Source: Catajapyx aquilonaris (Eukaryota). From it: a stretch of DNA of 64,000 bases. The translations under genes were made by a program, and so were the position numbers. Location of the stretch: NCBI GenBank assembly GCA_000934665.2, contig JYFJ02001534.1, positions 1 through 64,000 of the forward strand, written 5' to 3'. Position 1 is the first letter of the stretch, and each line of letters opens with the position of its first letter. Below, piece by piece: positions 26,937 through 39,000 of the stretch. The notes beneath the pieces were generated by a model. That model saw nothing but the letters and a program-made list of their open reading frames with translations. It was not told where the DNA came from and did no database searches.

Positions 26937-27474
26937 GATTCAATAATGAGTTTTAAAAACGTCAATGGCGTGGCTGCTTCTGGATAAAAGAGATATGGAA
27001 GGTAGATAAATTGGTGAAGGAAGCCTATCGTTTATTAGGCTGAAAATGAAACGGTTCCCTGGGGCCCCCTTTTGCCCCCCAGATTTCTTTTACTCTTTTA
27101 TATACCTCCCTTTTCCTTCCTCTCAAAATGACAGCGCACGCAAAATGCTGCTTCCTCTCAGATAGTCCCCACAAAAGTGGCAAATTGGATGGGTTTTTGG
27201 GGAAAAGGGAAAGAGGTTGAATAATCTGATTTCCCATTGGCCATTGCATTTAACAGACTGAAGTCGAGAGGAATTTAATCTGTTCGATGGCAAGCATACT
27301 GCAGCGACATGCGGAGGGAGGGGCGTTTTGTGATTGGAAATGCACTTCCTACCCCCAGCTTTTATGTCTTGCATCAAAGGAGAGAGAGAGAGGGATCCAA
27401 CCAGATATAAAATTGCAATGTTGCAGCCATTCCCTCGTATAATTACAATGAAGCTTTAAAAGGGGTTGAGAATT

Positions 27475-27741
27475 TTCAATTGGACGAAAATAGGGAAAAA
27501 CTCAATTTGGCAAAAACAAGGAAAAACTCAATTTGGCAAAAATAGGGAAAATATGAATAAATTTTAAAATGGGCTAAAATAGGGAAAATGTCAATTTGGC
27601 AAAAATGGGAACAAAATTTCAATTTGCCAAAAATATGAATAAATTTTAAAATTGGCTAAAACGGCAAATTTCAATTTGCCAAAAATATGAATAAATTTTA
27701 AAATTGGCTAAAACAGGGCATATTTCAATTTGCCAAAAATA

Positions 27742-27827
<86 letters not shown>

Positions 27828-28315
27828 CCTTGGGTAGTGCCTGACCCTATATAGGGTATGCGGCACGGACCTTTATTATACTTGAAGTACAATGCAGTAC
27901 AATGCTGGAACCTTGAGCGAATCGCCCGGGCCCACGGGCAGGATGACAGGAGGGGATGTGCAAGGTGCAGTGCAATGTCTTAATGTGGCCATTTTTAGTG
28001 AACTCCCCCGGGTGGTTTAGTCTGTAGGAAATACCACCCGAGACGAAGCCAGAGGTGACCCTGAACTCTGCACGAGATGAAGGGGGTGTCCCCGGGCTGG
28101 GATCGAACCCGGGACCTTAACATCCGTGGGCGCATACGTTACCGCAGCGCCACTCCGCCTCCCCACCCAAAAATATGAATAAATTCTCAAATTATCTAAA
28201 ATAGGGAAAATGTCAATTTGGCAAAAATGGAAAAAAAATTGTCATTTTGAAGAAAATTTGAACAAAATTTACACTTTTCATTCGAGCCAAAATTTCAGAC
28301 AAATTTGGACGAAAT
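27475..28315 (+). repeat. AT-rich minisatellite of two alternating 26-28-bp unit types, split by a SINE
   Basis: Units AAAATAGGGAAAATGTCAATTTGGCA and AAAATATGAATAAATTTTAAAATTGGCT on both sides of 27749-28166. Confidence 0.9.
27749..28166 (-). mobile_element. tRNA-derived SINE with (ATT)n tail
   Basis: Head GGGGAGGCGGAGTGGCGCTGCGGTAACG...GGGTTCGATCCC. Tail stem ACCCTATATAGGGT, then (ATT)n at 27749-27827. 16-bp TSD CCAAAAATATGAATAA (27733-48, 28167-82). Confidence 0.9.
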
Positions 28316-30008
28316 TGTCGACCCCCAAAGCCTGGCAAATAAGGCGACAATTGAGTGTGGAAAACGAGTATAAAGGGAGAAGAGTGTTAGAGGAGTAATT
28401 AGCCATCAAGGGGGCAAAAATGGCTGGCGTTTTAATTGGGCTTCACCGGACGGCCTTCCTCCAATCTTAGAGGCCGATGAAGCTTTTAAGTCGTATCCTA
28501 GAGTTCATTTAATGCAAGGGAAAAGTTCTTCTTCGCTGGTTTTTTGGAGCCTTATTTTAGGGGGAACCAAGACGAGCTTGAGCTTAACTGCCACGTCTTG
28601 CAAAGAGAGGTTAATGTTACTCTGGAGGCTTGGCTTCATTTAGGAAGGGCCCTAGGAAATCGGCTCCATTTCCTTCTCCAGGATTACGCTGTCAAGATGT
28701 ATAGGACTACAGGGGAACAACAACACTCGCCTAACTTTTCTTCAAAACGTGGTGGAGAAAGAGATTTTTTCCGGTAATGCAGCACTTTGGGAGTGATTCT
28801 TCAAAACGGGAGTGTAAAGTGCATTGATGAGGTGGGTAGCTAGCTTCCCAAAAAAAAAAAAAAAAAACTGGGTTGACTTTTAGAGCGCTACAGGCAAGTG
28901 TGACAGTTGAGTGAGAGGCTTGAAGTATAGCCTTACAAGTGATGTCACAGGTGGCTGAACTATTAGTTACCGGAGACTGGTCTTGACAAAGTGTTTCAAC
29001 TTGGTCTGACAGGCTGGGCCCCCACACTGCAACAGATCATACCAGGCTAGAGTATGCAAAGTAACTAGAGCTGACAATATGCTTGTGGGTTCCTTTCCTA
29101 ATCAGACTGTTCCGTCACCTTGACTTATGAGTTCCATCAGACTGTTACCAGCAATTTTATTGGGCGTCGGTGTGGACCAGTGAAAAATATTCTCAGCACG
29201 GGCCTCGTTTAAATTGGGCGAAATAAATGAGCCAGAGGAGAATAATTGTAGCTGGCGCGTTCGCAATAAAGAGCCGGATGAATTCCTAGGCGCGAATCGG
29301 ACCATGGCAACACTGGCGTCGCACGTGATCCCGCGTTGAAGAGGTGGGAACATTTCCGTGAAAGCATTTCCTTCTTTCAATATTTGCCTTCTATTACGGC
29401 CTCTGGGACTGGGAGGAAAGTTTCCATCATAGGCCGTGAGTAATCTTGCGCTGGAAAACATTTACTCTTCTGCAGGTCTTCGGGGCAGAGAAAGATGTTG
29501 GGGGGTGGGGGGGGGAGTGGGGGGGTGGATGAAGCTAGGGGAGGAGGCAAGAGGTTTGCTTCCACCTGGTAACGTTTATTTGTTCGTAATGATGCTTCCC
29601 CTGGTTGGATGGGTTTCATCTGGCAACGCCAACGGGGGAATTTCTGATTGGTCAGCTGGGGATTGTCAACATGGAGTCGATTGTTCCCTACTTTCGGGAG
29701 CAAGCTGCTACTATTTGAGGATAAAATTTCGGATAACAGGAAGTTCCTGAGATTTCGCGTGGGTGTAAAGAAGGATCTGTCTATAGATCATGGGGTACCT
29801 TATTAGGCTCCGTTATCCTTTGTGGGAACTGGTGCGTAGAGCGGAATATTGAGGAGGAACTGTTGACAAAATCATGTTTGTGATCATTAGTTCCAGGATA
29901 ACCTATATTTTTTTATAAGAAACTTTGTGGTTGTTGAGATTGTCATAACATTTACTTATGCTGGGTAATGGTGATGAGGAGAATTTATAATAGTGTCCAC
30001 ACCTGCGA

Positions 30009-30095
30009 TACACTTGCTGCTCTGAAAAACTCGGCCTTCCCATTGGCCAAGGGTAAAGCCTATACATGCTGGTTTCCGTCAGAGCAGCGAGAGTA
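30009..30095. repeat. Degenerate inverted repeat (MITE relic)
   Basis: TACACTTGCTGCTCTGA (30009-25) pairs with TCAGAGCAGCGAGAGTA (30079-95), 15/17 matches. Confidence 0.5.
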
Positions 30096-31291
30096 ACCTA
30101 CGTGTTTCGAATGGGCCTTTATCCAAAGTGAGGTGATTTAACAACATAGGATGTCAACTAAGGCAGGCATATCTGGATAATAATTTGCTGCGAACTGTCA
30201 TGATCCAAGTCATATAGTCGACAAAGGTACTGACTTAAACGTGTCACAAAACCCTTTATAGGCTGTGTTATTGTTATGCTGCCTTGCTGAATTGATGTTC
30301 CCGGCAGTTGCCAATAACTGTCACTCCGGCGGCAAATTGTTTCAGTTCATGCTTTGGGGCCATCCATAAAGTAGACGAATCTCTAACTGGTGAGAGGTAT
30401 ATGTAGCTAGGTGAGGGGTTAGTCCAGCGTGGATAACCATAACATAAGGGTTGACATGAGGGCTACGGGTGACCATGATGTCACGTTCTAAATTCGTATA
30501 TTTTTGCAACTATTACACAGTCTTTGACTTTCTGATAGTGTGCACAATTTATTATATAGCTGTTGAGCATGATAATAGCTCCTGATTCCAATAATGGAGT
30601 CATAGGATCGTCGTATGTCTGTGAGAGTTACACCAAAAACCCCGACACCGACAAAATTTTATATCTTGGTCACAAGCAGCACACGCGTAATGGTGTGATT
30701 TATACAGCAGTGTTGGTTTTTTCAAATGATTCGGAAATCCCTACACAGCTGGTAGTGATAGTAGTACTGGCTGCTCCATACCAATTACCGCAAACCAATA
30801 ATGGGTTCGCAGATACATTTCCAAAAAATGTTAGAGCCAATGAGCCCTATTCGCTGCAAAATATATATCTTAACAACTCCAAACAGCCGTCAGGCGGATA
30901 TCGATGACCACAACACTGTCGACGGCATCAAAAGTGTGGGCAAGATCCTTGTGATCACTGCAAGGGTCTTCTGCCGGATAATAATCATTACGAGAGAAAG
31001 TTCCTTTTTTGTGTAGCTCTCAGGGTTGAGATAATTGGGGAAGAAATGTCATTGACGATGTTTATACGGGTTGAGAATGTGATCATCTGCCTATACAGCC
31101 AGGTAACAATAATCCCACTCAAAAACGCACTCGTAAAAAAAGCGCCAAGTCGTCTGCCAAAAATAAACCTGTGAGATGGTGTCTGGGTGCCAAGCCTTGT
31201 CCACTCCGCCATACAAAGTCGCGAGATCGTGGTGGACGCCAAGCCTTTCTTCTAGGCTATAAGCTAAGTGAGATGACTTGGCCGGACTTGG

Positions 31292-31658
31292 TTCACGGGC
31301 ACGAGGAACAATACGCGTTCAGTTCGCTGGAATTTGGTCAAGTTACTGTTCTCCCTATTTGAGCTGAACGACTCAATTTTCAAGTCTAATAAACCGCGAT
31401 TGTAATCATGTGCGGTTCGAAGGCGACATTTTGTAGTTCCTGTGATACGAATCAGAGGTCCAAGTATATTTATAATTATTCTAATGAATAAAGAAACTAT
31501 ATATGTACTTTTGAGGTGGAGTTGGTACGTTACTGCTCCACCACTGACAGTTAAAAGTAAATATTCCATTCGAAGGTCACATTATTTTTTGGGTAATGGC
31601 TCTACCAATGAGTGTTAAAAGTTTACTTTCGCATCGCATTGTTCCTCGTGCCCGTGAA
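31292..31658. mobile_element. Element with 21-bp perfect terminal inverted repeats
   Basis: TTCACGGGCACGAGGAACAAT (31292-312) / ATTGTTCCTCGTGCCCGTGAA (31638-58). No TSD recognised. Confidence 0.7.
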
Positions 31659-32120
31659 TTAACATTTCAGCCTTGCAGCATTTCCCTGTGCCGAACTAGA
31701 AAATGCCGAAATGTAGAGAGCGAGTGAGCTCGAGTAAAGGATCACGGCAGCGCGAGACGTAAGAGTAAAGGAGAGAAGGGGCGAATGGTCTGGGTCAGTG
31801 GCGGTGGATTGGACTTGGCGGGATGCACTGCCGTGCATCTTGATTCTTCGGGGCTGAATCTTGTCACTATTATTACTGGGATTTTCCAAGCGGACTTTTT
31901 TAATTGGAACCTTTTTGTATGGTCTGGCTTTTTTCTTTTCATATCAGTATCTTAAAAATATCGCAAAAGTCAATATACTGTGAAGAAAGAGCGATTGGAG
32001 AACGTGGGGACGGAGTTATCAGCCGGATTACCCAGGAAACTAGTCAATAATATGTGCAGGGTACACCTCACAAAAATGGGACGTAAAACAAAAAAGTGGC
32101 GTAGATGGGTAATTTTATAC

Positions 32121-32121
<1 letters not shown>

Positions 32122-32177
<56 letters not shown>
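32122..32177. repeat. (ATT)n microsatellite
   Basis: Perfect ATT run. It produces the poly-Tyr in ORF 31980-32279. Confidence 0.98.
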
Positions 32178-35100
32178 GTAATCGTCAATATAACTATTTT
32201 TTGTCAAAAAATTCATGCGAAACCACAAGTGTGTTGCCATCGTATTCGTCATAAGTGTACAAATACTACTATAGTGTAAAGATTGCATAACGTTATTCTT
32301 TACGTACTACAATGCAACGTCTTAAAATAATCAACGTGAGGATTGAATTTATTGTATGTTAAAATCCATTGACACATCAGTAGTTCGTCCAATAGGTAAG
32401 CCTGTAAGGATTAATTTAACCCTGTATTACTGCAGTAGTTACTAGTATGTAGTGAGTTAGCTTATAATATATTACCATCAACCACCAAAATCATCCTTGC
32501 TTTCAAGAGATGCATTCATGCAACTAATAGCCTTAAATTATACTTACACAGACTGCTTAGACACTTTAGGAATTAGTGACGTCTTCACGATCCTTAACAC
32601 AGAACACCAGTGACAGCCGGGAATATAGGTGCCGGTAGTTAAAATCCCTGATGGTTTTCACACAAATGCGACTCTGAAGTCTCACAAAATGGAGCTAAAA
32701 AGGTAACAAGCGACAGTCGAAGGCGGAGAAAAGGCCTTTGAGAGTTTATAGTTTCTCACCTTAATTGCCACATGCACCTTTTCAATTATTGTTAGTGACT
32801 TACAACAATTATTATTATTCTCCAAGCCAGACTCAAGATGGCATGACTGCTGTCTTCCAGCAATGCTGCCGGAGTTCCTGCCAGGTCTGCATGGGTACTT
32901 TCCTCTTCTAGAGTGGCTGCTCCATCACCAAGAAAGCCGGAACAATTTTGGAAAGATTTGACATCACACTTTCGGTAACTAGGCTACTTTAAATGTCAAT
33001 TCCACTACCCTCCCTCATACTCACGATATAATACAATCATGATGTCTGTGGTATCCGTTCCCGCCGTTCATATTCATCCTGTCCTGACGGCTTGCCTCTA
33101 TATAGTAGCCTATTATGGAATTATAATCCGCGGCCTTCTTCGCTTTCACAATTTTCATATCAAATATTAAGCGTACATGTCACCATATGTCCTGCTCTTG
33201 CACCCTGTGAAGCTGCCATGTTGATATTATAATGGTAACTGGCTGAGCATTGAGCACGCCAATCGCCAATGCAGTTAAATTCCGACGACACCAAAGCCAC
33301 GGCCTGAAAATTTTTCATGGCATCTTCCTATGGTTCTCTGGCACCACTTTGGTCAGGAGGTCATGCGACCTGTTCACTTTTCATCATAGACCATGAGCTG
33401 AATAATCTGAAACAAATAGAGGTTAAGTGCGCACCTTTGGCACCATCCAGTAGACAGACAATTTTCCATGTTGGTCAAAGCATAGTTCTACATAAAGTTA
33501 CGTGACTTTCACTAAGACTTAAGCTACTGCAAAAAAGAGTAATGTTTAAAACTAGTAATTAGCAAATTAAAACTAAAGGACTTATATTGTTATTTCTGAG
33601 TAGCAGGACTCCTGCAATGCAGATGTGACACAAATCCAGTTACCATTTAAGATGTAATATTTTGTGGTTAGCATTTAGGAACAACAAGAGCATACTAGTT
33701 GCAGTATAGCAATCGCATCTGGTTACATTTAACGAGTAGGGAAGGCTAATTAGATCCCAGTGCGTGAGAGAGCTGGACCATGTGACAGACAGCTACGATC
33801 GTACAATGTGTCTTGACACTCGTGCAGCTACACAGGGGAGCCTGCGGCTTTAAAATTCACAGGTGTTATTTCCTTTAATGCATTACATAACTAAATGAAA
33901 GCATTTTTTTTTTCAAAAATGTAACGTCTAACAAAACACTCGAGTGTGACGTAAATAAGCACACTCTTCGGCAAAAAAAGCGTCAATACTGTAGCTAATA
34001 CGTTCGACGTGAGGCTGCGCAATTTTTCCAGGGAACAGATCGTTCAATTGATAGGGTATTATGGCTTCACATCCGGCTTGTTAGTTCTGTAAAGAAAGAG
34101 CAAGACTAAAAATATTGCACCTGTACTGTACCCGACTGTACCAGCCCTGTCATATAATATGAGTCTTTGTCACAATATGGCTTATAGGCTATTTCATGAA
34201 AGCTTATCCCCAAGACATATTTGAAGAATTTCGTGTAATGAGGTTGTGCTTATCATATAGAATTTGCGAATTACTTATTCAGAATGATGAGCTGTGAAAG
34301 TCCACAGTCCAACAATTGATGCGGAGAAGATATTGATTATTGACTCCAATAAACAGTCTCAAATGAAAGAACAGTTACAAGACAAAAGAATGACTGTGGT
34401 CCTAATTGTTGTTTTCAATTAGTTGTTTTTCTCTCGTTGATGAGGTGAACAATCCGTATAGCTTCTTCTCTTTCCTCCTCCTCTCTTGCGCTCTGGACTT
34501 GGGCAGTAAAGGCCTACTATAACATCCGATTTTTTTCTCTGCTCTTGCACCCTGTGAAGCTGGGGACTGTGAAGCTGGGGAGCTGTGAGCTATGCTTACA
34601 TTCAATGGATAGTTAATTTTTGTGGAGAGAAAACTTCAGTGGTTTCTGTATTAGCAATTACAGTGACGAAATTGCTATAGCATCAATTGGTAACTGTTTC
34701 TGCTAGAATTGTTCATACTATTGTTAAACTATTGTTATCGAGCAGGTCATTTAAAAATCACACTTACATTACATGTACCATATAGCCTGATTCTTGAGCA
34801 ACTCTGATTTAATAGGGCAGCATGCTGAATAAGGCAAGAGTCTTCCGGACGTCCAGTTATGTTTAAAGAATATTATTAATATATATAATGTATAAGCCTA
34901 CTTTTGGAAACACAACTATTGCAACAGCTAAGACTATAGTGTTAATTTCTCGACAAAATCCGACAAATCCAAATAGTCACTTTTGAAATTAATTAGTCCT
35001 TTCCACATGGGTTATAATTATTTTGGAGAAAGAATGTATCTGATGCAGCTTCAAAAGTTGTATCATATTCAGCATCAGTGACCATTTTTGTACAGTAATT

Positions 35101-35299
35101 AGGTCAGCCGTGACAGGTTTTCCTCAAATATCTCAGAACCAACTATGCTTTGGATAAATTTTGTCGGCTTTTGCAACTGAGCTCCTCTCTTGTGGTTGCA
35201 AAGAAGCGGAGTATATTCCAAGTTGTTTTGCTCTTTCCTGTAATAACGCAAGTAACTCAATCATGAGAAATCTGTTTGGGCTGGCTTTAGAGATTAGTT

Positions 35300-36016
35300 T
35301 ACTGACTCGATCCGCAGCCTGGTGAACAGCCAGAGAAACTGCGACCCTCACAGGGTGAGTGTCCGCCACTAAGGATGTTTCAGTGTAGGAAAACCTCTTG
35401 TCAGTTCAATGAATTCCACCTCACGACAGCGACACCTCTCCGATTGCTATAGTAGTGCTATACTGTGGCGACTGATGGCAGATTTACTACCAGAAGAAGG
35501 CGTCGTGTTGAATAAACACTTTGGGCAGTTTTAATATGAGCTTGATTGCATCCAGCTTCTTGCAGAACCTATAATAATTGAGTTGGTCACGAGGGCTCAG
35601 GCAACATGTGTCATCCGTATACAATAATGATATATTCACGACCCGCAGAGTTTTTGGTAAGAGAAACTGACACCTATACCCAAGCCTCTCGAAAATTAAT
35701 TGCACTACAAAACTGCATAGTTCGAAGAGTTTGTATTGATTGCAAAGCAGAGTAAACGTAATGGAGCGGATTAATAGTTGAATGTGGCGCTAGAAAAGTA
35801 TATAGAAAAAAGTGGAGTGGCCACGTACATTCTCTGACCATGACTTCTATCAGCTCCGTTTCTCTTTGCACAAGTCCAAGTTACGTGAATGAACCCAACC
35901 GTGAAGTGGTTTTCTGACCACACACCCAGAGCAAACACTGAAACTTGAGTTTTCACAGGAGCTGCCTCATTCCTCACCAGCAAATACCGGATGACACTAT
36001 TCCCCACAACTCAACA
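35300..36016 (-). pseudogene. Decayed SGNH/GDSL hydrolase-like reading frame, probably transposon-derived (e.g. LINE ORF1 esterase)
   Basis: Motifs in canonical order across frames: VVGNSVIRYL (block I GDS-like, ~36010-35981), SVFALG, VGFIHV (block III start, ~35890), LSPR (~35595), CREVEFIE (~35415), LVADTHP (block V DxxHP-like, ~35360). Interrupted by stops and frameshifts. Confidence 0.45.
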
Positions 36017-39000
36017 GCTCCCCTTTCCTAAAGCAAGTCGGGGTTGCAAGTAATTATTGTATTCAACACATCATTGTAATTACTACATTATGCATTAGAG
36101 GTGTGATTGTGATTACCTCTGACTGACAATAATATCAAACTACTTCCGGGTTCATCCGAAAGAGCTTGAACTATCCTCCAATGATGGCCACATGCGACAC
36201 TGCTTCTGAGCATTAGAACGAATAAGTCGAAAGTTAATCTCACGAACGCAATACGCTTTGGGACCTGAAAAATATAGATAAATAAATACACGTGGTGTTT
36301 AAGCTTCTCATTGAAAACAGGATAGGAGTTGAGTGTCTGGCACGTGAAGCCGTGGGCTCATCGCATTTTCTTTTTGTTGGAGCGCGCCTTAATCAGCAAA
36401 GCCCACAATCGATCACGCCAAGTAGAGAGACAGAGCAAGCTAGACAAAAGAAATACGATTACAGCCGCCGCCGGGGAATTGCTTCAACTGGCCGATAAAT
36501 CAACCCGGGCCGTGTTTTCCTTTCCACTCCTACCTCAGGGGAAAACGGGGACCAGGAGACGGGGGAGGAGGAGGCAGGGGACTTGCGGAGGTCGGGGTGG
36601 CTGGGGAGGAAGCCAAGCGACAACCCCTGCACCTGGACACCTTGCCCTCTATCTAGGAATTGTGTCATGGATCCTTGCTACACGTGTCACTATGGGATTC
36701 GATTCTTACAGCAATAATGCTATACACATATAGTCGCTAGCAGTATATGATAGAATTAATGTCCAGCACTGTACAACCTTGGGCAAGAATGGTTCTGAAT
36801 GGGTGAGCGTTGGTTCTGAAGTGCCGTTGATTACTCCATTTTCAAAAAAAGCACTTGTGCATCAAGTTGGCGCCCTACTACCTCCACCTCAGATAAAGCA
36901 AACTTTTTAACGCCACTAGGGTGGTGAAATCGCTCCAAATTTCCCAGTAGCGCAAAAGTTCCTCACTTTTCATTTTTTTTTCTTACCTACCTCCCACTTC
37001 CACCACCCACCTGCCTCTTTAAGAAAGAAAAAAAAAGTAGAAAAATGAAGTTGAAGTCTTGTACCCACCCACCCCTCTTTTCCTTGGAAAGTCTTGGGAG
37101 TTAATAAAGGAGGTTGGAAACATTTCTGAAATTAGAGCGGGGGCCTGGAAGATTTTGGTTATTAGTTTTTGGATGGGGACAAGTCTTGGGCGAAAAGGAA
37201 AACAAGGTTAGTCATCATTTTATAAGCAGAATTAAGCCGCTTGCCGTGTATAACAGCCCGCATTAGCATGCAGAATGCCAACTTTCTCAGCAACGCTTTA
37301 CGTCGTGTTCCGGTAATTTATACGTAGGAATGGGCCTGAGCAGGAAGTTCCGTTCAAATTGCGCATATTGCCTATCCAATTAATCCGTCGGATGCTAATC
37401 ACTCAGCAAATCTCCCAGACCCTAAATTTACCGCCCAAAAATAATTATTCCGAATTTCCGATACATGTCTTAATGTACGTGGATTCAAAATGGCGCTTCC
37501 CTTTTTTTTGTCAACTGTCCCCCCGATTATATTCTTTCTGACCCGCTTCTAAGTTTCCGAGGTGTCACCAGGCGACGATATTACATTTTTAATTAAAAGG
37601 ACGGCCTTCCTTTTGGGGCTCGTGTTCGCCTCCCAGCTTATTACATTATTAAGCCTTGCATTGTTGCCCTGGCTTCGTAATATAATTAAACCATCAGCGC
37701 TTATTGTCTTAGCGGGCATGGAAGCGCATGGGGTTGGGGGGTAGAGAAATGGAGGTAGGGGGGTTCGAGATTCACTTTATAACTGTCTTGAAGGCCGATT
37801 TTTACGAGGTGAGATCCAAGGAAGGGGGCTGAAGAAGAAGAGGGGTGGTTCCATGATAAATTATAGTTGGACATTATCTGACGGAGTAGCATCAACTTAA
37901 TTACCCTTCCGTTATCTCTTTGTTCAACCTGATCCAGATATATGAGTGTGAAGTTGTCGCGCTTGTCGATGGTACAATGGAGTCGTTTCAGCGTTAGAGT
38001 GACGGAGCCGACTGAATTTAGTGTGAGTGGATTTGTCGCTATTATGCATTTGGAACGGACGGAATTATCGGCAGAATTTTCCCCCCAACGAATAGGTTTC
38101 GTGTATGATGACTGATTTGATCCTCTTTTATTCTTGATGCGTAATATTTTTGTAACGGATTTTGGGATTCTGACGTCAGAACAGAATCGTGGTGAATGCG
38201 CATGTTTGATCCAGATGAACTGGGTCTGATATAGATAATGTGCGTTGAACTTAGTGGAAATCATTACTTTATAGTGTATATACATATAGGAGAACCGAGG
38301 ACGTAGGCATGTACTTGGCATCCTTTCAAGTTCCAACTTCCAAGTTTAGTTGCAGGTATAGAGTGTGCAACAAGCACCCTGCTGTCTGGTTACACGTGGC
38401 TCGCAAGAAGTGCGCAGTAATAATTCTGTCGGGAGCAGACAACTAGGAACCCACTTGTCCCAGATTTTATTACAGCTATAAAACTCACTGGGTGCTACCA
38501 CACCTATTTCACTGTTTTAATTATTAGGATTAACATTCTTGAGCTCTACCAAATTAAAACCCCTAGCGTTTAAGCGACAATAACATATTTTATACAAAAT
38601 GATGAGCCATTATAATCATCAAGTCCAGCACCTCCAAGAACTGGATTAACAAGGTGCTATTACATAGCTGTCTCACCCAAATGACCTTCTAAAGTAAGTT
38701 GATTCCCACAGACGTTGTCAATTACTTCATACGATATCTTGGTTAGAGTTGTCTTAGGAGGTGATATGGCAGCTGGGTTGAGTCTGAAAGGCGATCTAAC
38801 TGAGGTGGAGAAGTGCACAGCACATTGGTGAGAAAAGGTTGAAACTTGGGCCAGACTTTGACCCGTACAATTCGATTAAGACGTGCCTCCTGCTGCCTTA
38901 GAAAGTGGGCTAATGCGATTAACACTCCCGAAGAGATCCGGACCGGAGGAAAACTTCAATTGCTCTTAATTTGGGGCGTGAATGAAATGAAAGGCCGCGC

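Noticed and set aside
27475..28315. CRISPR array
   Set aside because: Units are contiguous with no unique spacers, the context is eukaryotic, and there are no cas genes.
31980..32279. Poly-Tyr ORF
   Set aside because: Artefact of the (ATT)n microsatellite.
37701..38336. Longest ORF (211 aa)
   Set aside because: Non-ATG start, no recognisable domain, no exon signals, and the composition of translated non-coding DNA.
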